Assembly (NCBI GenBank): GCA_945861875.1
Contig: CAMAWC010000004.1
Coordinates: forward strand, 4,597-68,596
Direction: 5' to 3'
Origin: Bordetella parapertussis
GTDB taxonomy: Bacteria; Pseudomonadota; Gammaproteobacteria; Burkholderiales; SG8-39
DNA: 64,000 bases
Below are positions 40,995 to 50,898 of this stretch, one piece after another; positions within the stretch are counted from its first letter, which is position 1; every line of letters starts with the position of its first letter. The translations under genes and the position numbers were made by a program. A model generated the notes under the pieces. That model saw nothing but the letters and a program-made list of their open reading frames with translations. It was not told the DNA's origin and did not search any database.

Positions 40995-43994
40995 TTACCT
41001 TCCCGGCTTTAGTCCTTCGGCATGGGCTTGCAGCAGGCGCAGAGTCGGATCGGTGTCGTCCTCGGCTTGCACGTCCGGCCCGTAGCGCTGCCACAGGGCC
41101 AGGGCCTTGGCGCGGTCGCCCAGACTCAGGTAGCCGGTCATCGCAGAGGTCAGCAGGTAGCGGCGGTGGCCGCGCGGCAAAGTGAAAGTGCCTTCGAGCA
41201 ATTTCTCGCCCATGGCAGCCATCTGCTTGGCATCACGATCGCCGACCGCGGCAAACAATTCTATCCAGCGCTGGTAATCGGCCGGCAGTTTGGCGTAGCA
41301 GGGCGTTGATTCGAGCTTTTGCCAGATTTGTTTCGCCTGCGCGCGCGTGAGCCAGGGATTCACCAGTCGCGCCACTTCGTACAGGCTGTGGAACCAGATA
41401 TCAAAGCTTTGCGGGTCATGGCACTCGAAGCCGCGCAGCCGGGTCAGCTCAAGGTCTTTTTGCAGCACCCTGGGTAACCCGACCGGTTCGGGCGGCTTTG
41501 CGCCGGTGTAAAAAGCGTGTGCGTAATGCGCGCGGCGCGACAACTCGATGCGCGTCATGAACTCATGGCCGTCGTGCGAGGGTTGGCTGCGCTCGGAGCG
41601 GCCCTCGATCATGGGTAGGGCCGGCACGCCACCGTTGCCGAAGTTCACAAACTGGCGCGCATCGGATTGCAGGAAACGGAATTTCGCCGCGTGGGTGTCA
41701 AGGTAGGGAAAGTAGTCGGAGTTGGCCGGCACGGCGAAGCTGTTGAAATACGGCTCCAGAACCGCCCTGCCGCCGAGGCGGCGCAATTCGACATCGCCCA
41801 GATTGCTTACCTGCACGCGCGCGAGTTCCTGTGCCAGGCCGGGAATTTTGGTGATATCTGCAATCGGCCGCGACAGCGTCGCTTTGCCCCCGGCGACGAT
41901 CAGCAGGTCGGAGTCATTGGCGGCGTAGATGACGTAGTCTTCGAAGTTCTCGCCCAGCGCCTTCATCACCGAGGCGAGCAGCGAAATGTCCGTTTCGTAC
42001 ATTTGCAGCCATTGCACCAGCACGCCGCCCTGGTTGAGGTAGCGCTTGGAGAGCCGGTAGAACTCGGTGGTAAACAGGCTCGCCACGCCGCTGACCCAGG
42101 GATTCGAGGGTTCTGAAATGATGATGTCGTAGCGCGCATTGCGCAGAGAGAACGCCGTTTTTGCGTCGTCAAAAATCAGGCGGCTGCGCGGGTCGGCCCA
42201 GACCGAGCCGTTGCGCGCGGAAAAATAGCGCGATGCCTCGGCCATCGCCGGCTCGATTTCGACGGTGTCGAGGGCTTCGAGTTTCAGGTTGGAGAGCAGG
42301 GTGTGGCTGGTCAGTCCGGTGCCGATGCCGATGACGGCAGCGTGTTTGGCGTCGGGCTTGTAGGCAAGCGGTATGGCGCCGGTCATCACCATGGTGAGCT
42401 CGTCGGAGATGCGCTCGCCTTCGCCGAGGTTGATCGCGCCATCGGACTTGCCGTTGGTGCGCAGGGAAAGCCCTTCCTGGAACTGCATCAGACTGACCGA
42501 AGTGGTCTTGCCGTCCTTGTAGAACACCAGTTGCGCGCTCTCCGGCCCGTAGACGTCGCCACGGCGAAACACGCCCGAGGCCATCTTGTAGAGATCGAGG
42601 CTGAATATGGTGAGCGAAAGGCAGACGGCGGCCACCGAGGCGCCGGCGGCGATCCACGCCGGTTTGCGCGCGAGGATTTTTGACAGCAGGATAATGCCAA
42701 GTCCCATGTCCAGCGCCGCTCCCGCGGTGATCATGCCCTTGAGTCCGAGCAGCGGCATGGCGATGTGGGCGGCGATGATGATGCCGGCGATGGAGCCGAT
42801 GGTGTTTGCGGCGTAGACCATGCCAATGGATTTTTCGCCGTGCCCGGTCTTGAGCAACGCGGCGCTGATCAGTGGCAGCGTCATGCCGGCGCAAAACGCC
42901 GCCGGGAACATGACGGCGAGGGCGATGCCGTCGCTGGCCAGCAGGAACAGCGTGTAGCCGGTGTCGGTCTTGCCCAGGGTCTTTACCACCTTGCCCATAA
43001 TGCCGAACATTTCACCGTAGAGGGGCAGGGTGGCCAGTGCCAACAGGCCCATGACGACTTGCACTATCCCAAGGTAACGCTGCACGTTGACGATACGGTC
43101 GATGCGGCGCTTTACCCAGAGGCTGCCCGATGCGATGCCAAGGATAAAGGCCGACAGCATCAATTCGAATGAATGGGTGGAACTGCCCAGCACCACCGAT
43201 AGCATGCGTATCCAGCCGATTTCGTAGATGAAGGAGGCGGTGCCGGTGAGCGCAGCCACCAGCAAAAACAGGTTGATGCCGCCGCTTGCCGAATTCGGCT
43301 GTTGTTCGACGCCCATGGGTTTTTCCGCGCGCGGAAAAGCAACCCAGATTACGACTGCGATGAGCAGGTTTATGGCCGCAGCGGTCTGGATGGTGCCGGG
43401 CAGACCGACCCGTTCGATCAGGAAAAACCCCGCCGCGAGGACACCCAGTGCTGCGCCAAAGCTGTTGGTGAAATAAAGCATCGCCAGGGTGCCGCCGGGC
43501 TCGGCGGGGGCGCGGCGGATTAGGCCGGCACTCATCAGCGGGAAAGTCATGCCCAGCAGCACGGTCTGCGGCAGGATGAGCAGCGCCGCGAGCGTCCATT
43601 TGGCCATGCCGGCGGCGATTTCCCCGCCTGCGGACGGCAGTATTGATGCGTAGGCGATGTCGGTGATGGCGACAAAGACCGGATGGAACACCAGTGCGGC
43701 AAGTCCGATCAGCGCTTCGGCCAGCGCGTAGCCGCGCAGCAGATTTTTCCAGTTTGCCGAGTAGCGGCTGGCGATCCAGGCGCCGGCGCCCATGCCGCCC
43801 ATGAACAGGGCCAGCACCAGCGTCTGTGCGTAAGCGGCGTGCCCGAGGAACAACTTGAGGTAGTGCGTCCAGATCGATTCGTAAATGAGCCCGGCGAAGC
43901 CCGAGAGCATGAACAGGGCAAAGAGGGCGGTGCGTTGTGCGCGCGGGAGCGTGGCCGCGCGTTCGGTCGGAGCGGGGTGTGGGGAAGTGTTCAA
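40995..43994 (-). CDS. fused polytopic membrane domain / spermidine-synthase-like aminopropyltransferase with a long C-terminal extension
   Basis: 999 aa with an apparent TTG start. The N-terminal half is multi-TM (FMLSGFAGLIYE). The methyltransferase-fold core has VIGIGTGLTS and DIIISEPSNPWVSG. The C-terminal ~300 aa are unassigned. Confidence 0.82.
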   Translation of the reverse strand: MNTSPHPAPTERAATLPRAQRTALFALFMLSGFAGLIYESIWTHYLKLFLGHAAYAQTLVLALFMGGMGAGAWIASRYSANWKNLLRGYALAEALIGLAALVFHPVFVAITDIAYASILPSAGGEIAAGMAKWTLAALLILPQTVLLGMTFPLMSAGLIRRAPAEPGGTLAMLYFTNSFGAALGVLAAGFFLIERVGLPGTIQTAAAINLLIAVVIWVAFPRAEKPMGVEQQPNSASGGINLFLLVAALTGTASFIYEIGWIRMLSVVLGSSTHSFELMLSAFILGIASGSLWVKRRIDRIVNVQRYLGIVQVVMGLLALATLPLYGEMFGIMGKVVKTLGKTDTGYTLFLLASDGIALAVMFPAAFCAGMTLPLISAALLKTGHGEKSIGMVYAANTIGSIAGIIIAAHIAMPLLGLKGMITAGAALDMGLGIILLSKILARKPAWIAAGASVAAVCLSLTIFSLDLYKMASGVFRRGDVYGPESAQLVFYKDGKTTSVSLMQFQEGLSLRTNGKSDGAINLGEGERISDELTMVMTGAIPLAYKPDAKHAAVIGIGTGLTSHTLLSNLKLEALDTVEIEPAMAEASRYFSARNGSVWADPRSRLIFDDAKTAFSLRNARYDIIISEPSNPWVSGVASLFTTEFYRLSKRYLNQGGVLVQWLQMYETDISLLASVMKALGENFEDYVIYAANDSDLLIVAGGKATLSRPIADITKIPGLAQELARVQVSNLGDVELRRLGGRAVLEPYFNSFAVPANSDYFPYLDTHAAKFRFLQSDARQFVNFGNGGVPALPMIEGRSERSQPSHDGHEFMTRIELSRRAHYAHAFYTGAKPPEPVGLPRVLQKDLELTRLRGFECHDPQSFDIWFHSLYEVARLVNPWLTRAQAKQIWQKLESTPCYAKLPADYQRWIELFAAVGDRDAKQMAAMGEKLLEGTFTLPRGHRRYLLTSAMTGYLSLGDRAKALALWQRYGPDVQAEDDTDPTLRLLQAHAEGLKPGR

Positions 43995-44076
43995 GGCCTT
44001 GCCGGGATAATGTGTGGCGAGCCGTTAGAATGGCGCGCTTGTTGACGTGCTTTTTGGCTTACCTCGTGATGCGACC

Positions 44077-45243
44077 ATGACGCAGGCTGTTCCTTACTGG
44101 CGACTTTCGGCATTTTACTTTGCGTATTTTGCCTACATCGGTGCTTTTTCGCCGTATTTTAGCTTGTATCTGCAGCACCTGGGCCTCGGCGCCTTTGCCA
44201 TCAGTGTCCTGCTGGCGCTGCAGCAGATGATGCGCATGCTGGGGCCGAATTTCTGGGGGCGCATGGCCGACGCAAGCGGTGCGCGCCTTAAATTGCTGCG
44301 CTTGTCGATGCTGCTCATGGCGGCGAGCTTTTGCTGCCTGTTGTTTGCACAGAGTTTTGCCGGCCTGTTTGCGGTGATGGCGCTTATGAGTTTTTTCGGC
44401 AGCGCGGCGATGCCGCTACAGGAGTCGATGACTTTTGTCTGGCTCAGCGATGCGCCGGATCGCTACGGGCCGATCCGACTGTGGGGGTCCGTCGGCTTTA
44501 TCATCGCGGTCCTCGTTCTGGGCGCGATCCTGGATTTTGTCGCCATTGACTGGCTGCTGTGGATGACGCTGCCGCTGATATTGGCGATGATCGGGTGTGC
44601 ATTTGTGTTGCCGCAACCGGCAGCCACCGCGACGCGGCAGACGCGCGAGCCGCTGTGGCCGGTATTGCGCCGCCCCGAGGTCTGGGCACTGCTGTTATCC
44701 TGTTTTCTGATGGCTGTTGCGCACGGGCCGCTTTACACGTTTTACTCCATCTACCTGGTTGATCACGGCTACGGGAAAAGCACCATAGGGATACTCTGGT
44801 CTCTCGGGGTTGTGGCGGAAATTGCGGTCTTTCTCTTCATGCCACGGCTGCTGCGACGCTGGACATTCTCGGCAATACTCGCGGCCAGTTATTTGTGCGC
44901 GGTGGCCCGATTCCTGATGACCGGATGGGCGGTGGAGTCGGTGCTGATCATGGCGTTGGCGCAAATTCTTCATGCCGCGACCTTTGGTGCTCACCATGTC
45001 GCAGCGGTGGGCTTGATTAACACCTGGTTTCGCGGCGGTCGGCAGGTCGGCGGGCAGGCCTTGTACTTGTCGCTGTCCTTTGGCGCCGGTGGCATGGTTG
45101 GCGGACTGGCGTCGGGCCTGCTGTGGGAGCATGCGGGGGCGGCGGTTACCTTCAGTCTGGCCGCGATGTGCGCTTTTGCCGGATTTTTGCTGATTGCTTG
45201 GCAGGGTGCGAATTTTCCGCGCCATTCGCGGTCAACTGACTGA
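44077..45243 (+). CDS. MFS transporter (HcaT/MFS_1-like family)
   Basis: ATG 44077. YWRLSAFYFAYFAYIGAFSPYFSLYL N-terminus. 12 TM helices. Confidence 0.85.
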   Translation: MTQAVPYWRLSAFYFAYFAYIGAFSPYFSLYLQHLGLGAFAISVLLALQQMMRMLGPNFWGRMADASGARLKLLRLSMLLMAASFCCLLFAQSFAGLFAVMALMSFFGSAAMPLQESMTFVWLSDAPDRYGPIRLWGSVGFIIAVLVLGAILDFVAIDWLLWMTLPLILAMIGCAFVLPQPAATATRQTREPLWPVLRRPEVWALLLSCFLMAVAHGPLYTFYSIYLVDHGYGKSTIGILWSLGVVAEIAVFLFMPRLLRRWTFSAILAASYLCAVARFLMTGWAVESVLIMALAQILHAATFGAHHVAAVGLINTWFRGGRQVGGQALYLSLSFGAGGMVGGLASGLLWEHAGAAVTFSLAAMCAFAGFLLIAWQGANFPRHSRSTD

Positions 45244-45296
45244 GTTCATTTTCACTTTAATAAGTAGGGGCGGAGCTTACATTGACCAAGGTGACT

Positions 45297-46124
45297 ATGA
45301 AATTCAAATCGAGGCAACGGCTGGCAATCACCCTGACTGTTTGCGTGTGCACTTTACTGGCGGCGTGCCAGACCGTGCAGACCACCCAGTCCGGCACGGT
45401 CGGTGTCGATCGCAAGCAGTCGATGATGGTGTCGGCAGAAAAAATGAACCAGAGTGCGGCGCAGGCCTACCGCCAGGTGTTGCAGGAGGAGGGCAAGAAG
45501 GGCGCGGTGAATCATGACCCCGAGCAGGTCAAGCGTGTGCGCGCAATTGCGGCAAGGCTTATTCCCGCCGCCGCTGCGTTTCGTGCCGATGCGCCCGGCT
45601 GGAAATGGGAGGTCAATGTAATTTCCTCCAAAGATGTCAACGCATGGTGCATGCCTGGTGGCAAGATCGCGGTCTATACGGGATTGATCGAACGCATCAA
45701 GCCCAGCGACGATGAACTGGCCGCGGTCATGGGGCACGAAATCGCACATGCGCTGCGCGAGCATGGCCGCGAACGCGCCTCGCAGGCCGCAGGCCAATCG
45801 GTGGCCGCCGGCGTGATTGGCGCGGCAATCGGGATGGGCAGCCTGGGAACCGACATGACCAGCACGGTGCTCAACATCACCTTCGGCCTCCCCAATTCGC
45901 GCCTGCACGAAACCGAGGCTGATCGCATCGGCGTCGAACTGGCCGCGCGCGCCGGCTACGATCCGCGCGCTGCAGTCACCCTGTGGAAAAAAATGGGACA
46001 GGTTGGCGGCGGGCAACCGCCGCAGTTTCTTTCAACCCATCCTTCCAATGAGACGCGGCAACAGGACTTGCTGGTCTATGCCCAGCGGGTGATGCCGCTC
46101 TACGAGCAGGCGAAAAAACCGTAA
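45297..46124 (+). CDS. M48-family zinc metalloprotease lipoprotein
   Basis: Lipobox LLAAC. HEIAHALREH zinc motif and a downstream ETEAD glutamate. Confidence 0.87.
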   Translation: MKFKSRQRLAITLTVCVCTLLAACQTVQTTQSGTVGVDRKQSMMVSAEKMNQSAAQAYRQVLQEEGKKGAVNHDPEQVKRVRAIAARLIPAAAAFRADAPGWKWEVNVISSKDVNAWCMPGGKIAVYTGLIERIKPSDDELAAVMGHEIAHALREHGRERASQAAGQSVAAGVIGAAIGMGSLGTDMTSTVLNITFGLPNSRLHETEADRIGVELAARAGYDPRAAVTLWKKMGQVGGGQPPQFLSTHPSNETRQQDLLVYAQRVMPLYEQAKKP

Positions 46125-46256
46125 TCCCCGGCCGCCGCAGCCGCGATTGGTCGGGGCATCGTGTTTGCCCCCGCGAATGCGGCAGTAAGTCCGCGGCCCT
46201 GTTTGCGCCTTCGGTTATAATCGTCACCCCTTTCTGCATCCTGAAAAATCAGTCAA

Positions 46257-47666
46257 ATGGCACCTCAGACCCTCTACGACAAACTCTGGAACAGCCACGT
46301 TGTGCACACCGACGAGGGTGGCACGGCATTGCTTTATATCGACCGCCACTTGGTGCACGAAGTTACCAGTGCTCAGGCCTTTGACGGCCTGCGTCTTGCC
46401 GGGCGCAAGTTGTGGCGCACCGACTCTGTTGTGGCGACCGCTGACCACAACACGCCGACCGATCATTGGGACGAGGGCATCAAGGAACCGGTCTCCAGGC
46501 TGCAGGTCGAGACGCTCGATGCCAACATCAAGGAGTTCGGTGCGAAGGTGTATTTTCCCTTCCTCGACAAGCGCCAGGGCATAGTGCACGTAATCGGGCC
46601 GGAGCAGGGGGCGACGCTGCCTGGCATGACAGTGGTGTGCGGCGATTCGCATACCAGCACCCACGGTGCTTTCGCCTGTCTCGCGCACGGTATCGGCACT
46701 TCCGAAGTCGAACATGTGATGGCGACGCAGTGCTTGGTGCAAAAGAAGATGCGCAACATGCTGGTCGAGGTGAACGGTCCGCTTGCGCGGGGTGTCACGT
46801 CCAAGGACGTGGCCCTTGCCTTGATTCGGCAGATCGGCACCGCCGGCGGGACCGGCTGCGCGGTCGAATTTGCCGGCAGTACTATCCGCGCATTGTCGAT
46901 GGAGGCGCGCATGACACTTTGCAATATGGCGATCGAGGCTGGCGCGCGCGCCGGCATGGTCGCCGTTGACGAAGTCACGATCAGCTATCTCAAGGGGCGC
47001 ACGTTTGCGCCGCAAGGTGTTGTCTGGGACCAGGCCGCAGCCTATTGGCGCACGCTGAAAAGCGATCCGGGCGCGAAGTTCGACTTCGCCATCCAGATCG
47101 ACGGCGCGAGCCTGAAGCCCCTGGTCACCTGGGGCACATCGCCGGAGATGGTGGTCGACGTGGACGACCGCGTGCCTGATCCGGACAAGGAAAAGGACCC
47201 GACGCGGCGCGAAGGCATGGAGCGCGCCTTGGTATATATGGGCCTCAAGCCCAACACGCCCATGACCGACATCCGGGTGGACAAGGTATTCATCGGATCG
47301 TGCACCAATTCACGCATAGAGGATCTTCGCGATGCCGCCATCGTGGTGCGCGGCAAGCGTGTCGCTCAGAATGTGAAGCTTGCCCTGGTGGTGCCCGGTT
47401 CCGGCCTGGTCAAGGCGCAGGCCGAAAAAGAAGGGCTCGACAAAATTTTCGTTGACGCCGGATTCGAATGGCGCGAGCCGGGGTGTTCAATGTGCCTCGC
47501 CATGAATGCCGACCGCCTGGAACCGGGTGAGCGCTCCGCCTCGACGTCCAACCGCAACTTCGAGGGCCGCCAGGGTACCGGCGGAAGGACGCACCTGGTC
47601 AGCCCTGCGATGGCGGCGGCTGCTGCCGTGGCCGGGCACTTCGTTGACGTTCGTTCATGGAAATAA
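46257..47666 (+). CDS. leuC: 3-isopropylmalate dehydratase large subunit
   Basis: [20 protein letters not shown] and [11 protein letters not shown] aconitase-family motifs. 469 aa. Confidence 0.97.
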   Translation: MAPQTLYDKLWNSHVVHTDEGGTALLYIDRHLVHEVTSAQAFDGLRLAGRKLWRTDSVVATADHNTPTDHWDEGIKEPVSRLQVETLDANIKEFGAKVYFPFLDKRQGIVHVIGPEQGATLPGMTVVCGDSHTSTHGAFACLAHGIGTSEVEHVMATQCLVQKKMRNMLVEVNGPLARGVTSKDVALALIRQIGTAGGTGCAVEFAGSTIRALSMEARMTLCNMAIEAGARAGMVAVDEVTISYLKGRTFAPQGVVWDQAAAYWRTLKSDPGAKFDFAIQIDGASLKPLVTWGTSPEMVVDVDDRVPDPDKEKDPTRREGMERALVYMGLKPNTPMTDIRVDKVFIGSCTNSRIEDLRDAAIVVRGKRVAQNVKLALVVPGSGLVKAQAEKEGLDKIFVDAGFEWREPGCSMCLAMNADRLEPGERSASTSNRNFEGRQGTGGRTHLVSPAMAAAAAVAGHFVDVRSWK

Positions 47667-47676
47667 GGAGCTGCAC

Positions 47677-47799
47677 ATGCTGAAATCAATCATCGGTCTT
47701 GTGGCCATGGCAGCGTTTCTTGCCGGCTGCAATACCATCCAGGGCATTGGCAAGGACGTCAAGAAAGGCGGCGAGGCCATCGAGAAGTCGGCCAAATAA
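47677..47799 (+). CDS. entericidin A/B-family small lipoprotein
   Basis: 40 aa, [40 protein letters not shown]. Lipobox LAGC. AAGGAG SD. Confidence 0.8.
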   Translation: MLKSIIGLVAMAAFLAGCNTIQGIGKDVKKGGEAIEKSAK

Positions 47800-47800
47800 T

Positions 47801-48442
47801 ATGGATAAATTCACCGTAGTGACCGGGTTGGTGGCGCCGATGGACCGCGCCAATGTCGATACCGACGCCATTATTCCCAAGCAATTTCTCAAGTCGATCA
47901 AGCGCACGGGCTTTGGCCCCAACCTGTTTGATGCGTGGCGTTATCTGGATGAGGGCCAACCGGACAAGCCCAATGCCGGCCGTCCGCTGAATCCGGATTT
48001 CATCCTCAACCAGCCGCGTTTCAAGGGTGCTGGCATCCTGGTGGCGCGCAAGAATTTCGGCTGCGGTTCCTCGCGCGAGCACGCGCCCTGGGCGCTGCAG
48101 GAATTCGGCTTTCGCGCGGTGCTGGCGCCGTCGTTTGGCGATATTTTTTACAACAACTCGTTCAAGAACGGTTTTCTTCCCATTGTGCTGACGGAATCGC
48201 AGATCGACCGGATTTTCAACGATGTCGCCGCTTTTCCCGGCTTCAAGCTGGTGATAGACCTGCCGGAGCAGCAGGTGCGCTATCAGGACGGGACGCAGGC
48301 GTTCAAGTTTGAAATCGATTCGCATCGCAAGCAATGCCTGGTCAACGGCTGGGACGATATTGGCCTCACGCTGCGCCACGCCGACAAGATTCGCGCTTTC
48401 GAGGAAAAACGCAAACTCGAGCAGCCCTGGCTGTTTGCTTGA
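47801..48442 (+). CDS. leuD: 3-isopropylmalate dehydratase small subunit
   Basis: ATG 47801. [27 protein letters not shown]. Confidence 0.96.
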   Translation: MDKFTVVTGLVAPMDRANVDTDAIIPKQFLKSIKRTGFGPNLFDAWRYLDEGQPDKPNAGRPLNPDFILNQPRFKGAGILVARKNFGCGSSREHAPWALQEFGFRAVLAPSFGDIFYNNSFKNGFLPIVLTESQIDRIFNDVAAFPGFKLVIDLPEQQVRYQDGTQAFKFEIDSHRKQCLVNGWDDIGLTLRHADKIRAFEEKRKLEQPWLFA

Positions 48443-48455
48443 TTGACAAGTAAGG

Positions 48456-48490
48456 CGCCGGGGCCACGCGGCCCCGGCGTTTTGTTTTTT
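48456..48490 (+). terminator. strong intrinsic terminator-like hairpin between leuD and leuB
   Basis: 10-bp GC stem cgccggggcc/ggccccggcg with a 4-nt loop, followed by ttttgtttttt. Confidence 0.7.
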
Positions 48491-48501
48491 GGGAGAATGA
48501 A

Positions 48502-49569
48502 ATGAAGATTGCAGTGCTGCCGGGTGACGGCATAGGCAAGGAAATCATTGCGCAGGCGGTCAAAGTGCTCAAGGCGTTGGCCAAGGACGGGCTCAAGCTG
48601 GAAATGGAGGAGGCACCCGTTGGCGGCGCCGGATATGAGGCGGCGGGGAACCCGTTGCCGGCGGCGACGCTTGCACTGGCCAAGGAGGCTGATGCGATCC
48701 TGTTCGGGGCCGTCGGCAACCCGAAGTACGACACGCTCGAACGGGCCAAGCGTCCCGAGCAGGCCATTCTGGGTCTGCGCAAGGAGCTCAACCTTTTCGC
48801 CAACCTGCGCCCCTCGATTGTTTATGAGGAACTGGTCGATGCATCGACACTCAAGCCGGAAGTGGTGTCCGGGCTGGATATCCTGATTCTGCGCGAACTT
48901 ACGGGCGACATCTATTTTGGCCAGCCGCGCGGCACCCATGTCCTGCCCAACGGCGAGCGCGAGGGTTTTGACACCATGCGCTACCGCGAGTCCGAGATCC
49001 GGCGAATTGCGCACGTAGGCTTCAAGGCGGCCCGAAAACGCGGCAGCAAACTTTGTTCTGTAGACAAGGCCAACGTCCTCGACACCATGCAGTTGTGGCG
49101 CGATGTGGTCACCGAGGTTGCGCAGGAGTACCCGGACGTTTCGCTGTCGCATATGTATGTCGACAACGCCGCTATGCAATTGGTGCGCAATCCCAAGCAG
49201 TTTGACGTTATTGTCACCGGCAACCTGTTTGGCGACATTCTCTCGGACGAGGCTTCCATGCTGACCGGTTCGATCGGCATGCAACCCTCGGCGTCAATGA
49301 ACGAAAAGGGTGCGGGGCTTTATGAGCCGATTCACGGTTCTGCGCCGGATATCGCCGGCAAGGACATCGCCAATCCCCTGGGAACGATACTTTCAGCGGC
49401 GATGATGCTCCGCTACAGTTTGGAACAGGAAGCTCTGGCCTTGAAAATCGAGGCCGCCGTGAAAAAGGTCCTTGCGCGCGGCCTGCGTACCGCCGACATT
49501 CACCAGTCTGGGACGACCCGGGTCGGCACCGTAGCGATGGGAGACGCGGTGGTTGCCGCCTTGCAGTGA
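48502..49569 (+). CDS. leuB: 3-isopropylmalate dehydrogenase
   Basis: [25 protein letters not shown]. 355 aa. Confidence 0.97.
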   Translation: MKIAVLPGDGIGKEIIAQAVKVLKALAKDGLKLEMEEAPVGGAGYEAAGNPLPAATLALAKEADAILFGAVGNPKYDTLERAKRPEQAILGLRKELNLFANLRPSIVYEELVDASTLKPEVVSGLDILILRELTGDIYFGQPRGTHVLPNGEREGFDTMRYRESEIRRIAHVGFKAARKRGSKLCSVDKANVLDTMQLWRDVVTEVAQEYPDVSLSHMYVDNAAMQLVRNPKQFDVIVTGNLFGDILSDEASMLTGSIGMQPSASMNEKGAGLYEPIHGSAPDIAGKDIANPLGTILSAAMMLRYSLEQEALALKIEAAVKKVLARGLRTADIHQSGTTRVGTVAMGDAVVAALQ

Positions 49570-49637
49570 CTTGGCGGCAAGGGGTTGAAGGTGCATAATC
49601 ACATGTTTACGCTAACTTATTCTGGTAATAAAGCATT

Positions 49638-50744
49638 ATGCGGGTAGGATTTGTCGGATGGCGCGGAATGGTCGGTTCGGTGCTCATGCAGCGCATGATG
49701 GCCGAGCACGATTTTTCACTGATTGAGCCGGTGTTCTTTTCCACCTCGCAGGTGGGAGGGATGGGGCCCTTTGTCGGCAAGGAAACCGCGCCGCTCAAGG
49801 ATGCGCGCAGCCTTGAAGACTTGCGCGCCATGGACGTCATCGTGACCTGCCAGGGCGGCGACTACACCAATGATGTGTTTCCGCGCCTTCGTGCCAACAG
49901 CTGGAAAGGCTACTGGATCGACGCTGCGAGCGCACTGCGTATGCAGGACGATGCGGTGATTATTCTCGACCCGGTCAATGCCGATCTGATCAGGGCGGCG
50001 CTGGCGCGAGGCGGCAGGAATTTTATCGGTGGCAATTGCACGGTAAGCCTGATGCTGATGGGACTGCACGGATTGTTCAAAGCGGGAATGGTGGAATGGA
50101 TGACCGCCATGACCTATCAGGCTGCCTCCGGGGCGGGTGCGCAGAACATGCGCGAATTGCTCACGCAGATGGGCGCGGCCAACGCGGCGGCCGGCAAGTT
50201 GTTGGATGATCCCTCATCCGCAATCCTGGAAATTGACCGCACCGTGGCCGAGACCATGCGCAGTAAGGCGTTTCCGACTGAGCAGTTCGGCGCGCCGCTG
50301 GCTGGCAGCCTGCTGCCATGGATTGACAAGGACCTCGGTAATGGCCAGAGCCGCGAGGAATGGAAGGGGATGGCCGAGACGAACAAGATTCTGGGTAGCG
50401 CGGCAGCCATCCCGGTGGATGGCATTTGTGTGCGTATTGGCGCGATGCGCTGCCACAGCCAGGCGCTCACCATCAAACTCAAGCGCGATGTTCCGCTTGG
50501 CGATATCGAAGCCATGCTCGCTGAGGCAAATCAATGGGTTAAAGTTATTCCAAACCGGCGCGAAGACAGTTTGCGCGAATTGACCCCCACGGCGGTGACC
50601 GGCGGGCTGAGCGTGCCGGTGGGGCGTTTGCGCAAGCTGCCCATGGGGGGGGAGTACCTGTCGGCGTTTACGGTGGGCGACCAGTTGCTTTGGGGGGCGG
50701 CCGAACCGCTGCGGCGCATGTTAAGGATTCTGCTGGAAAAATAG
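49638..50744 (+). CDS. asd: aspartate-semialdehyde dehydrogenase
   Basis: [16 protein letters not shown], active-site GGNCTVS. 368 aa. Confidence 0.97.
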   Translation: MRVGFVGWRGMVGSVLMQRMMAEHDFSLIEPVFFSTSQVGGMGPFVGKETAPLKDARSLEDLRAMDVIVTCQGGDYTNDVFPRLRANSWKGYWIDAASALRMQDDAVIILDPVNADLIRAALARGGRNFIGGNCTVSLMLMGLHGLFKAGMVEWMTAMTYQAASGAGAQNMRELLTQMGAANAAAGKLLDDPSSAILEIDRTVAETMRSKAFPTEQFGAPLAGSLLPWIDKDLGNGQSREEWKGMAETNKILGSAAAIPVDGICVRIGAMRCHSQALTIKLKRDVPLGDIEAMLAEANQWVKVIPNRREDSLRELTPTAVTGGLSVPVGRLRKLPMGGEYLSAFTVGDQLLWGAAEPLRRMLRILLEK

Positions 50745-50804
50745 GCTTTGGCTTGATCTCGCGGTTTCGCCCTCCAGGTCAAAATAGACTGAAAAATTGG
50801 TCAC

Positions 50805-50833
50805 TTGACGCTAAATCTAAGAAGAACTATCAG
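50805..50833 (+). promoter_or_regulatory. candidate sigma70 promoter of fimV
   Basis: TTGACG 50805-50810, 17-bp spacer, TATCAG 50828-50833, in an AT-richer intergenic tract. Confidence 0.3.
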
Positions 50834-50898
50834 CTTGCATGGCTAACACTATGATGTTATGTTGGTTACCCTCGATTAGGGTGTCCAAGGGTGGCAGT

